The notes beneath the pieces were generated by a model that was not told the origin of the DNA, did not search any database, and was given only the letters and a program-made list of their open reading frames with translations. This document shows positions 12,861 to 25,028 of a stretch of DNA of 64,000 bases, one piece after another; positions within the stretch are counted from its first letter, which is position 1, and every line of letters starts with the position of its first letter. Source of the stretch: Azolla caroliniana (lineage: Eukaryota > Plantae > Polypodiophyta). The translations under genes and the position numbers were made by a program. The stretch covers positions 16,368,001 through 16,432,000 of the forward strand of contig JBHGNT010000007.1 in assembly GCA_043228905.1 (NCBI GenBank), given 5' to 3'.

Positions 12861-13654
12861 AAGATGGGGCCCTTTAAACATGCCGCAACATCAACAGTAT
12901 CCACACTACCATTGGCCTTACGAGCAATAGAATCAAACCCTTTAGACTCTGCAACATCAGAAAATACCAACATATTCACACTCACAAAGTAACTAACAGT
13001 CTCACAAAACAACATCTTGAACATCAAAGAGTTTCAGTCATAGAACAACACTTTTCAAATTATCTTGGAAAAACATCATAGAGTTCCATTACATAATGTG
13101 GATCAAGCAACAACCAATCTGAGGTTTTACTTGTCCAATAGGATAGTAAAACTTCATAAAACCCTAGCAAAATCCCTAAGCTAACAATCATATCCAACTA
13201 AACAGTATTTCGCTCCACTACGTCTGGGCCCCTTGACCGAGTAATTGGTCTTGTTCCCGATCGTGGCCCCTTCTTCAGCCTTTCTCTGGTCGGTTCCCCA
13301 TTTAGCCTTGCTTCTTTCACCCAATGCGCAAGTGTGTCCTCCTCCGACAACCTTCCCATCGCCTCAACAGCTAATTGCACATCAGCCGTTTCTTGAACTA
13401 GCTTTTCAAGTACAGAGGGATCTGTTTGGACATTTTCAGTAGTTGGGCTCGGTGGGGTGGAATCAAGGTCTTGAGATTCGAAGAAATGTTGCATCAAGTG
13501 TTCATAAACATTGTTGTTGTGAACCTCAGTTTTACATGTTGTTTCCACTATTTCATGGCATTTCACATCGGTGCCTAATTCAGCTGTTGCAACGTCATCA
13601 GCACCAGACACATCATGTGCCGTCCTTAATCCACAAGATTCTACAATAACATGG

Positions 13655-14713
13655 CAGCTATTTAGGATAGCTAATTAGCTACTTTCCTAAACTATGGTCG
13701 AAGCTAGGATAGCTAATTAGCTAGTACGATAGCTAATTAGGATAGCTAATTAGCTAGTACGATAGCTAATTAGCTAGTATGATAGCTAATTAGGATATCC
13801 TAATTAGCTAGTACGATAGCTAATTAGCTACTTTACTCAACTATGGTAGTAGCTATGATAGCTAATTAGCTATTATGGTAGCTAATTAGCTACTTTACTC
13901 AATTATGGTAGTAGCTAGGATAGCTAATTAGGTACTATGGTAGCTAATTAGCTACTTTACTCAACTATGATAGTAGCTAGGATAGCTAATTAATTAGCTA
14001 CTTTACTCAACTATGGTAGTAGCTAGGATAGCTAATTAATTAGCTACTTTACTCAACTATGGTAGTAGCTAGGATAGCTAATTAGCTACTTTACTCAACT
14101 ATGGTAGTAGATAGGATAGCTAATTAGCTACTTTACTCACTATGGTAGTAGCTAGGATAGCTAATTAGCTACTTTACTAACTATGGTAGTAGCTAAGATA
14201 GCTAATTAGCTACTAGGATAGCTAATTAGCTACAATGATAGGTAATTAGCTACTTTCTCAACTATGTAGTAGCTAGGATAGCTTATTAGCTACTAGGATA
14301 ACTTATTAGCTACCTTACACAACTATGGCAGTAGCTAATTAGCTACTATGATAGCTAATTAGCTAGTAGGATAGCTAATTAGTTGCCAATAGCTAATTAG
14401 CTAGTAGGATAGCTAACTAGTTGCCAGTAGCTAATTAGTGACGGGAACTCAAGGCTCCTTATGTCCAACGCTCGACCACAACCGAGATTCTTTTCTTACA
14501 CAGAAAACAGGAAACGGAAAAACACGCGACACAAAAGGAGAGAAGAGGTACACAGGATGTTTACGTGGAAAACCCCAAACTAGGGGAAAAACCACGGCAG
14601 CCCACAGGCAGCAAACTATCACTACGATGAAAAGTACAACAATGAGTTCACTGAGGCACCGACCTCGTGCTCACAGATCTTCGCCACAGGCGGCGGTTAC
14701 AATAGAGGCAATG

Positions 14714-14762
<49 letters not shown>

Positions 14763-15775
14763 CAGTTACGCACACTCTCTATTCTTGCACCAACAAGAAT
14801 GACAACTATTCCCATAAAAGTTTGCCCTAAGTCATATTTATACTAATATGACTTTTCGGCTATTTACAAATATAGTCTCGATGGACTCTCAGAAACATAT
14901 TTACGAATATGTCTCTTCATCCGGTTCATACCGGGTCTGCACCATCCGGCTCTCCGTAGCCGGGTACTCCTCATCCGGTTCATACCGGGTCTGCACCATC
15001 CGGTTCTCCGTAGCCGAGTACTCCTCATCCGGTTCATACCGGGTCTGCACCATCCAACTCTCCGTAGCCGGGTACTCATCATACGGTTTCGGTCGAGTTT
15101 GTTCATCGGCACTGTTCTTCTCCCTTCCCATCCGGAGGGACCTTTCTCCCAACAATTAGCTAGTAGGATAGCTAATTAGCTTTTTTACACAACTATGGTA
15201 CTAGCTAATTAGCTAGTACCATAGCTAATTAGCTACTAGGATAGCTAATTAGCTGCTAGTAGCTAATTAGCTACTAGGATAGCTTATTAGCTACTTTATA
15301 CAACTATGGCAGTAGCTAATTAGCTAGTAGGATAGCTAATTAGCTACTAGGATAGCTAATTAGTTGCCAGTAGCTAATTAGCTAGTAGGATAACTAATTA
15401 GCTTTTTTACACAACTATGGTACTAGCTAATTAGCTAGTAGCTCATTAGCTGCCAGTAGCTAATTAGCTAGTAGGATAGCTAATTAGCTACTTTACACAA
15501 CTATGGTGCTAGCTAATTAGCTATGAGTAGCTAACTAGCTGGCATTAGCTAATTAGTTGCTAGTAGGATAGCTAATTAGCTAGTAGCTAACTAGCTGCCA
15601 CTTAGCTAATTAACTACTGTAGTAAACTATGGTAGTAGCTAATTAACTAATAGGATAGCTATTAGCTGCTTTAATCAACTATGGTAGTAGCTAATTAGCT
15701 ACAACGATAGCAGCAAAATAGTTTCCATACTTTTTACGGCTTAGCTAATTAGAAAAGACTAAGCTTATTAGCTAC
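13655..15775. repeat. Second TAGCTAATTAGCTA satellite filling intron 13641-15787 of the cargo gene
   Basis: Same palindromic core, partly in ~40-bp units (CTTTACTCAACTATGGTAGTAGCTAGGATAGCTAATTAGCTA); interrupted by a solo LTR. Confidence 0.95.
14439..15154 (-). mobile_element. Copia solo LTR (related to copia F LTRs)
   Basis: TG..CA ends, TSD ATTAG (14434-14438 / 15155-15159), similar to 58174-58964; has (CT)n and 60-bp internal repeats. Confidence 0.92.
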
Positions 15776-15937
15776 AATATGGTATACCTGTTAGTTTTCT
15801 CCACTCATTTGGTAGAGCTGTACTGCAATCTCCCAAACAGAATGCAGCAATTCGACAGGCATGTTGAAAACAAAGTAGATGGTATGTGTGGTTGCATGGT
15901 TGTAGGTGAACCAACAAAGATGCAGTTTTGTCCTCCA

Positions 15938-18900
15938 TGTTGGGATTTCGGTCCCTCCGGATGGGATGTCCGGAGATGAATGACGGCAAGCCCGGTTGCT
16001 GTTACGGAACCGGATGATGAAGACCCCGGCTGTGGAGCCGGATGATGAAGACCCCGGCTACGGAGCCGGAAGATGAAAACCCCGGTTACGGAGCCGGATG
16101 ACGAATGTACCCGGAGAGAGATCCGGATGCGGGGACATATTTGTGAATATGTTTGCCAAGGGCCCTTGAGGCTATATTTGTAAATAGCCCGAAAGTCATA
16201 TGTGTATAAATATGACTTAGGGCAAAAAGTTTTGTAACTGTTGCTCATTTTCTGTTTTCACTTAGAGAGAGTGAAGAGAGCAGCCGAGAGAGAGAGAGAG
16301 AGAGAGACGAAGAGGTCGTTGCCTCTGTGTATTACCGCCGCCTGTGGCGAAGACAGTGAGCTCAAGGTCGTCGCCTTGCAGCTCGCCATTGTATATTCCC
16401 TGCGTATAGTAATAGTTGGAGTTTGAGGACTCCCGTGGTTTTTCCCGTCTAGGGTTTTCCACGCTAAACCCTGTGCATTCGAGTCTCTCTCTGTGTTTTG
16501 CTTTACTTCTGCATTGATTCGTGTTTCCTCGGTTGTGGCCGAGAGGTGAAGGTGTTGAAAGCGTTCATTTCCTAACAAACTGGTATCAGAGCACGGTTAA
16601 CACAGAAAATGGAAGGCGGCGGTAGTGGGCCTCCGGGCATGATGGTGTTGAACTCACAGAACTACGCCGACTGGAAGATAAAGATGGAAGACCTTCTCAT
16701 CGTCCGAGATCTGTACGAACCGATCGACAATGCCGAGATACCCAAGGGGGTAATAGAGTCGGAGTGGAAGCTCCTGAACCGGAAAGCCGTAGCGACGATC
16801 CGGCAATATGTAGATGTAAGTGTTCTGCAACATGTGGCGAACGACACCAACGCATATGAGATGTGGAAGAAGCTGTCGGGCCTCTACGAGAGGAAGAATG
16901 CATTGAACCGGACCTCCCTGATGAGGAAGATAGTGAACCTCAAGTACCGGGACGGCGAGAATATGGTGGAACACGTGTGCACGTTCATGGGATTCGTGAA
17001 CCAGCTTGCGGCGATCAAGTTCCCGTTGGAGGATGCAATGCAAGCCATCATTCTGATGTGTACATTGCCGGAAAGCTGGGAGAACTTGGTGGTGACTCTC
17101 AGCACCTCCTGTACCGAAGATAACTTGTCTCTACAAACGGTAAAGACAAGCATTTTGAACGAAGAAGCGCGTCGGAGAGATAAAGAACCGGTTTCCAATC
17201 CGAAGATGCTGCTTACCGAATCGGATCGGGGAAGACAATGGAACCGGAGTCCGCAAAGACGGGAGAAGTCGGGGACCCGGTCGCAGTCAAGAGGAAGACC
17301 CACATGCTTCCACTGTGGGAAGCCGGGGCACTTCCGGAAGAATTGTCGGCATTACCGAAAGGACAACGGAGCCGACGACACCGATTCGAAGAAGTCACCG
17401 GAGAGAAACGGTGCATACCGGGGAGCCACGGACCGGAGAGGTCCGGATCGGCGAGGGCAGGACCGGAAAGGAACGACGGCACTCGCGGCAAGTGAAGAAG
17501 AGATAATGCTCATTACCGAAGAGAGGGAGCTGAACCTTGCCGGTGTAGAGATGACCTGGGTGGTCGATTCCGGAGCGTCGTTCCACCTGACCCCGGAGAA
17601 GAAATACTTCTCATCCTACACAGCCGGTGAGCACGGCTTTGTCTGGATGGGAAATGAAGGCACATGTCGGATTGCCGGCATAGGAGACGTGTGGCTGATG
17701 ACATCAACCGGATGCAAGATGCTGCTGAAGGATGTACGACACGTTCCGGAGGTCCGATTGAACCTGATTTCGGCCGGGAGGCTAGACGATGAAGGCTACA
17801 CGGGTAGCATCCGGAACGGTGTCATGAAGTTCAGCAAAGGGAGCCTGATAGTGGCTCGGGCCCGGAAGGTCAACACACTGTACCTGATGAATTCCCGGCT
17901 ATGTCCGGAGGAGCTGAACGTGGCAGCCGATACTGCCGGTGAGCTGTGGCACAAGAGACTGTGTCACATGAGTGAGAAGGGGATGAAGAGGCTTGCAGAA
18001 GACAGCCTTATTCCAGTGAAGCATGTGCACCTGGAGAAGTGCACCGATTGCCTGGCCGGTAAACAGAACCGAACCTCCTTCCACTCAAGGCCACCGACGA
18101 GACGTAGTGTACCATTGGAGTTGGTACACACTGATGTGTGTCAGGTAGAAACGAAGTCACATGGCGGAGCCCAGTACTTCGTAACATTCATAGATGACCA
18201 TAGCCGGAAGCTGTGAACGGCACCGTTGAAGACAAAGGACCAAGTATTGTCCGTCTTCAAAGAACTCCACGCGAGAGTGGAAAGGGAATCCGGCAAGGAG
18301 CTGAAAGCGATACGAGCGGATAACGGAGGGGAATACCGGGGGCAGTTCAAGGAGTACTGTCGCTCGAAGGGAATCCGGCTCGAGTTCACTGTGCCGAAGA
18401 CGCCGGAACTGAACGGGCTGGCCGAGAGGATGAACCGGACCATAATGGAGAGGGTCCGGAGTATGCTGGCGCATGCGAAATTACCCAAGGGGTTTTGGGC
18501 TGAGGCAATGTCGACGGCGACATACGTGATAAACAGATCACCCTCAGTACCTTTGGACGGAGACACGCCGCAGAGAGTATGGACCGGTAGGGAAGTATCC
18601 TACCGGCATCTGAAGGTGTTCGGGTGTCTCGCATATGTGCATGTGGCAAAGGACCGGAGAGGAAAGCTAGACCCAAAGACCCGGCCATGCATATTCCTCG
18701 GTTACGGCGACGATGAGTTCGGTTACCGAGTATGGGACCCGGTCGACAAAAAGATATTCCGGAGTCGCGATATCATCTTCATGGAGGACAAGACACTCGC
18801 CGACTGGGAGTCGGAGAAGAAGATGAAGAGCTCCAAGTCGACCGGTGAGGATCAACTCTACGAAGAGCAGTCCCGACCGGCAAGGGACCGGTTAGCACTC

Positions 18901-21053
18901 GAGGATCCGACCGAAGACGGTGAAGAAACAGAACCGGCCGAGGAAGATGAAACTGATACCGGAACCGGCCCCGATCCCGAAATGGATTCGGATGAAGAGG
19001 AAACGGAGGAGCCGGTTACCGAAGCTCCGGAACGGAGATATCCTCTAAGAGAGAGAAGGGCCCCCCGGAGATTTCCGGAACCAGAGCACGTGCTGCTAAC
19101 CGACGAGGGGGAGCCGGAGAGTTTTGAAGAAGCAAAGCTTGACACCCATAGCCGCAGGTGGTTAAGTGCCATGCAGGAGGAGATGGATTCCCTGCATGAG
19201 AACCACACATATGAACTTGTGGAGTTGCCGAAAGGAAAGCGGGCACTTCGAAACAAGTGGGTGTTCAAGCTGAAACCGGGAGATGCCGGAAACCCCCCGA
19301 GATACAAAGCCAGGATTGTGGTGAAGGGGTTTCAGCAGAAGAAGGGCGTCGACTTCGACGAGATATTTGCCCCGGTAGTGAAGATGACCTCCATCCGGAC
19401 GGTGCTGAGCATAGCGGCAAGCATGAACCTCGAGGTAGAACAGATGGACGTGAAGACGGCATTCCTTCACGGTGACCTCGAAGAAGAGATCTACATGCAG
19501 CAACCGGAAGGATTCGAGAAGAAAGGGAAGGAGCACCTGGTATGCCGGTTGAAGAAGAGCCTTTACGGACTGAAGCAGGCTCCCCGGCAATGGTACCGGA
19601 AGTTCGACTCTTTCATGACCGACGAAGGGTACCACAAAACGCAGTCCGATCACTGCGTGTTTGTGAAGAAGTTCGAAGGAGGAGACTTTCTAATACTCCT
19701 CCTGTACGTGGACGACATGTTGATCGTCGGACGGGACCAGGTCAAGATACAGATGCTGAAGAAAGCGCTTCACCGAACCTTCTCAATGAAGGACCTGGGT
19801 CCGGCGAGGCAAATACTAGGGATGCACATCATCCGGGACCGGAAGAAGAAGCAGTTGTGGCTGTCACAGGAGAAGTACGTGACAAAGGTGCTTCACCGGT
19901 TCAACATGTCGGAAGCAAGACCGGTCGGGTCAACCCTCCCGGCAAACTGCAAGTTGTCCAGCAAGCAAAGCCCCAAGACAAAGGCTGAGAAGGAGGACAT
20001 GATGAAAGTACCATATGCCTCTGCCGTCGGAAGCTTGATGTACGCAATGGTGTGTACAAGACCGGACATAGGATATGCAGTCGGAGTGGTGAGCCGGTAT
20101 ATGAGTAATCCCGGCAAGGAGCACTGGAACGCGGTCAAATGGATACTCCGATACTTAAAGGGCACTTCGAACATGTGCCTCCGATTCGGCTCCGGTAAGC
20201 CCGAACTCGATGGATTTACCGATTCGGACATGTCGGCTGATGCGGATACCAGCCGGTCTACATCTGGGTATGTAATGACATATGCAGGGGGAGCTGTTTC
20301 GTGGCAGTCGAGGCTGCAGAAAACGGTTGCGTTGTCAACCACGGAGGCGGAGTGCATGGCGGCTGTTGAAGCCGGCAAGGAAATAATATGGATGAAGGAC
20401 TTCATTAGAGAGCTCGGTATCCGACAGGAGGAGTACCGACTCTACTGTGACAGTCAGAGTGCCATCCACCTTGCGAAGAACGCGGCCTACCATTCCCGGA
20501 CGAAACACATCCAGCGTAGATACCACTGGATCCCGGAAAGGATAGAAGACAAGGAGTTCGTGCTGACGAAGATCCACACGGACGAGAACGGGTCGGATAT
20601 GCTGACCAAGGTGCTCACACCCGACAAGCTGGAAGCATGCCGGAAGAGGATCGGATTGGAGAGACATCCCATGCCGAAGTGAAGGGGGAGTTTGTTGGGA
20701 TTTCGGTCCCTCCGGATGGGATGTCCGGAGATGAATGACGGCAAGCCCGGTTGCTGTTACGGAACCGGATGATGAAGACCCCGGCTGTGGAGCCGGATGA
20801 TGAAGACCCCGGCTACGGAGCCGGATGATGAAGACCCCGGCTACGGAGCCGGATGATGAAAACCCCGGTTACGGAGCCGGATGACGAATGTACCCGGAGA
20901 GAGATCCGGATGATGAATATGTTTGCCAAGGGCCCTTGAGGCTATATTTGTAAATAGCCCGAAAGTCATATGTGTATAAATATGACTTAGGGCAAAAAGT
21001 TTTGTAACTGTTGCTCATTTTCTGTTTTCACTTAGAGAGAGTGAAGAGAGCAG

Positions 21054-21090
<37 letters not shown>

Positions 21091-21359
21091 GAAGAGGTCG
21101 TTGCCTCTGTGTATTACCGCCGCCTGTGGCGAAGACAGTGAGCTCAAGGTCGTCGCCTTGCAGCTCGCCATTGTATATTCCCTGCGTATAGTAATAGTTG
21201 GAGTTTGAGGACTCCCGTGGTTTTTCCCGTCTAGGGTTTTCCACGCTAAACCCTGTGCATTCGAGTCTCTCTCTGTGTTTTGCTTTACTTCTGCATTGAT
21301 TCGTGTTTCCTCGGTTGTGGCCGAGAGGTGAAGGTGTTGAAAGCGTTCATTTCCTAACA
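15938..21359 (+). mobile_element. Full-length Ty1/copia element C (Tork/Tnt1-like)
   Basis: LTRs 15938-16577 and 20693-21359, TSD CTCCA, PBS TGGTATCAGAGC 16581-16592, PPT GAAGGGGGAG 20681-20690. Confidence 0.98.
16609..20682 (+). pseudogene. Copia gag-pol with one premature stop (TGA 18214-18216; TGG in copia D)
   Basis: ORFs 16609..18216 and 18226..20682 are in frame; gag, CCHC, DSGA protease, integrase, YVDD RT, RNase H. Confidence 0.95.
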
Positions 21360-22549
21360 CTCCACACCTAACCCGCAAGCGATGCAACGTGCTTGAACTG
21401 TCAATAAATCATTTTCTGGTTCTGCTTCATTTGGTAAGGGAGCAAGAATGTTCAGGTCCAAATCTTGTCTGGTCCTTACCATTCCCTCCACAAAATGTAG
21501 CTGCTTCTTAAGGCAGCTAACTACCTGTTCTTGATGAATGTATTGTTCCTTCAACGCAACAGAAAAATTTACCGATTAATTATTCCTGTTGTTGAAAGAT
21601 ACACCAACTTTGCTCAAGAATCATTAACTTACTTGAAGCTTATCCAAATTGTAATCTGCAACAGTATTTACACCTAGAAGGTCCAGGTTCATTGAAAGAA
21701 CCTGGATCTCTATTTGTAGTTGTATTTTACGCTGGGGATCCAGTGGCCCCTCTAATTCAAGCTCCTGTTGCACAACCTATTCTAGATAATGCTTGATTAG
21801 CACATTTTACCCTTAAAGTTATTTATAACACAATCACATACCAGCAAAACAATAGTTACCTGAATCTTATTTCTAATCGTTGTAACAGCGGAAGTAACTT
21901 TGCTCTCCATTGCAGAAGCCATTGTGGCTTTCTCTAAATCAGTCTTAAAACATGTCAATGTCTCACAGGCTTCATGGACATTTTTTAGCATATAGCTAAC
22001 CAATGTCTCACCTATATCATCGACATTGGCTTTCCTTGGGTGTCAGTGTGGTGTATGCCCCCGGTCTTGCTGGGAGTCGGCAATTGCATCAACGACTGCC
22101 ATGCTCCAAAATCTGTCTATTTTTTGTGCCAAGGTCCCCATCTTTCGACATCTTTTTACCGATGCCTCACCATAGACTGGCCAAGCTACCCTATACATTT
22201 GAGGGTCTCTGGATTCCTTTGTTGTTTTGCAGTACTCATATGCAAATGCTCTAGCAAATGAAACTGACAACTCATTGTTGACTGGGATCTCCTGATGAAC
22301 TTTCTGGTGCAGTCTCATGCAGTCATCGTACAAGTCGGCTCGTACATGCTTCAGCTTGACCTTGCCTTTGACTCTAGGCACTGTATATACTGTCATCCAG
22401 TCTACATCACTAATCAATTTATCACTTAGGACAATAGGGTCAACACCCTCGAGTGACAGACCATAGGTGTTGTGGAAGTCCTCCTTTGTCTCGCAAAATT
22501 TTGCGAAGTTTAGCACTCTCGTATACGGAGGAACGAGCCATCTGAAATA

Positions 22550-23100
22550 TCATTTCAGAAATCAGAAATAGTGCAAAATCAGAATATGTGAGAATCAGAA
22601 ACCCCAATCAACAACAACAAAAATGGTGCAAAATCTTTAACTTAGCAAATCAGAAACCCTAATCATAATTTGTATTCAAAAATTTGAAATCAGAAACCCT
22701 AATCAAAATCTGTAATCAGAAGTTTGAAATCAGAAACCCTAATCAAAATCTGTAATCAGAAGTTTGTAACCAGAAACCCTATTCAGAAATTCTAATCAGA
22801 AATTTATAATAAAAAACCCTAATCAGAAATTTCAATCACAAACCCTAATCAGAAATTTCAATCACAAACAGAAATTTATAAACAAAAACCCTATTCAGAA
22901 ATTCTAATCAGAAATTCTAATCTGTAATCAAAATTTGTAACTAGAAACCCTATTCAGAAATTCTAATCAGAAATTCTAATCAGAAATTTTAATCACAAAC
23001 CCTAATCAGAAATTTCAATCACAAACCCTAATCAGAAATTCTAATCAGAAATTTATAAACAAAAACCCTAATCAAAAATTTCAATCAGAAACCCCAATCA
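22550..23100. repeat. AAACCCTAATCAGAAATT-type satellite filling first coding intron (22542-23145) of cargo gene
   Basis: Repeated AAACCCTA(A/T)TCA(G/C)AAA units. Confidence 0.9.
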
Positions 23101-23628
23101 TCACTAAAGACAGGATTAAACACAAAAAAAGTAATATAAACACACCTATTGCTACTCCCCGATTTGCGAGACATCCTTGTATGGGACTCCAAGGACTTCG
23201 CCCTATTCGATTTTGGGGAAATATGAATCGGCACCAAAGTTCAGACAGTAGTCAAAAAGAAAAAACAAATGTTTGGGGTTTCTGTAACTGAAACATACCT
23301 GGACGATGATCGAGCGGGTTCTGTGTTGTAGCTCTCAATCTGCAATGTCGATTTTCTGCTGTTGCGGGAGCTACGTCTGCGTTCGTGCTCTGAGTACTCC
23401 ATCTGCGTTCAAAATCAGACTTAGGCTAAACAGGAAATTGATGACATTGAAGTCGACCTTAGATGATGGTGCTATTCCCCAAGTTCCACTACATCTGAAA
23501 TAGAAGTTCAAATATTTGAGTTTTTTCATAAATTAGTTTTTCAAATATTTGATTTTCCCACAAAAAAGACTAGCTAAACAAATAGCTAATTAGCTATGGC
23601 CATTTTAGTAGCTAATTAGCTATAATAG

Positions 23629-23653
23629 TGTTTCCACTCGCATGCTTTTACCC
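23629..23653 (-). repeat. Right terminal inverted repeat
   Basis: Reverse complement of 6670-6694; followed by TSD ATGC. Confidence 0.9.
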
Positions 23654-23854
23654 ATGCATAAAGTAAAGATCATCTGAAAGGCAAGCAAAGAAAAGAGGGA
23701 GGCCATGCAACTAAAAGTGGGCATGCAAAATAACATTGGAGACTATGATCAACAGAGAACTCCATATATATTCCATTATTTTTCCCCACTTTTTAGGGTC
23801 TGCTCTCCATTATTTTTCTTTTCCTTCTCCGTTCCCTTATCTCACGAAGCCATA

Positions 23855-24200
23855 AACCCTAATTTTCCTTATGGGAGCCATATCTCTCATAAACCCTAAT
23901 TTCCTTACGGAAGCGATATCTCTCCTAAACCCTAATTTCCTTTACGGAAGCCATATCTCTCAAAAACCCTAAATTTCCTTACGGAAGCTATCTCTCAAAA
24001 ACCCTAATTTTCCCTATGGAAGCTATCTATCAAAAACCCTATTTTTGCTTACGAAACCCATATCTCTCATATAACCATAATATTCCTTACGGAAACCATA
24101 TCTCTCAAATAGCCTTCATTTTTTTTCTTATGAAAGCCATATCTCATCAATTTGAAACCTAATTGTTTCTTATCAAAGCCATATCTCACAAACCCTAAAC
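23855..24200. repeat. About 38-bp tandem repeats in the solo LTR
   Basis: AAACCCTAATTTCCTTACGGAAGCCATATCTCTC-like unit, about 8 degenerate copies. Confidence 0.85.
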
Positions 24201-24454
24201 TTTTGTAATCCCAATCTTGGGATTGATTGTAATTTTTCTTCTCCTTTCCTAAGGAAATTTATTAAACTTTCTCATTTCTATAATTCTTAAAGTATAAACG
24301 CACGAATCTAATATCCTCTGGTCGAAGGCCCCAGGGTCTTGCCTCAAGTTCACATGTCCTCGTCGTATTTTCGCGACAACGTCTATTCCCATTCCTATAT
24401 TGCACTCTTATCAAAGTAATTCAAGACTCGATCGTGGCCAAGCAGTATTCTGCG

Positions 24455-25028
24455 CTATTCCTTGTAAAGAAGAACTAATGCTCATTATCGAGGAGAATGA
24501 GTTAAACCTTGTCGGCCACGAGACAACGTGGGTTGTTGATTCCGGAGCTCGTTCCACCTGACACCGGACCAGAGGTGTTTCTCATCCTACACATCCGAAG
24601 ATCACGGTTGTGTCCGGATGGGGAATGAAGGGACCTGCCGAATCTACGACATAGGAAATGTGTTGTTGATGACATCAACCAGATGCAAGTTGCTACTCAA
24701 AGAAGTACGACACGTTGTAGAGGTTCGGTTGAACCTAATATCAGTCGATCGGCTGGATGATGAAGGCTACACGGGTAGCATCCGGAACGGAGTCATGAAG
24801 TTCAACAAAGGAATCTTGATCGTGGCTCGAGCCTGGAAGATCAACACATTTTATCTGATGCATGCCCGGATATGTTGGGAAGAAGTGAACATAGCATCTA
24901 ACACTGCCGGTGAGATGTGGCACAAGAGGTTGTGTCGTATGAGCCAAAAGGGGATGAGAAGACTTGCCGAAGACAACCTCATTCCGGAGGTGAAAGACGT
25001 GCATCTTGATAAGTGCACTGATTGCTTG
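24455..25028 (+). pseudogene. Copia B fragment 1 (protease to GAG-pre-integrase); PBS and gag deleted
   Basis: TWVVDSG, LDDEGY, WHKRLCRMSQKG, KCTDCL; continues at 39365 after chromovirus removal. Confidence 0.9.

Larger units (their letters stand above)
11905..23174 (-). pseudogene. Multi-exon transposon cargo gene: N-terminal domain, coiled coil, RING-H2, repeat linker, FCP1/SCP-like (NIF/HAD) domain
   Basis: Phase-compatible GT-AG exons: 23174-23146, 22541-21860, 21776-21633, 21548-21360 joined across copia C to 15932-15788, 13640-~13220, ~12948-11905 (last junction unresolved). RING: CIAC..PCNHTYHLLC..CLGDC. NIF-like: RALILEL..PRRDANQFL..FDLFIWS..WARENC..FKRLSDFW..NTLILD. One in-frame TGA (22045-22043) and one frameshift (~12400). 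Confidence 0.7.
6670..23653 (+). mobile_element. Sola2-like TIR DNA transposon with transposase and a second (cargo) gene
   Basis: TIRs GGGTGAAAGCATGCGAGTGGAAACA (6670-6694) and TGTTTCCACTCGCATGCTTTTACCC (23629-23653), 24/25 match. TSD ATGC at 6666-6669 and 23654-23657. A 5'-GRG terminus and 4-bp TSD fit Sola2. Element boundaries are more certain than the family name. Confidence 0.85.
5931..24378. mobile_element. About 1.45-kb solo LTR-like insertion (5931-6669 + 23658-24378), split by the TIR element
   Basis: Ends TGTTGTG...TCGCGACA (TG..CA, inverted match if CpG decay is allowed). ACGT flanks both sides (5927-5930, 24379-24382). Removal restores the copia LTR. No coding domains. Confidence 0.7.

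Noticed and set aside
16654-20744. Many antisense and alternate-frame ORFs within copia elements
   Set aside because: These are shadow ORFs of GC-rich gag-pol with no domain motifs; the same applies in D, E and F.
22550-23100. Interstitial telomere
   Set aside because: AAACCCT units are not head-to-tail; they are embedded in longer AATCAGAAATT units.
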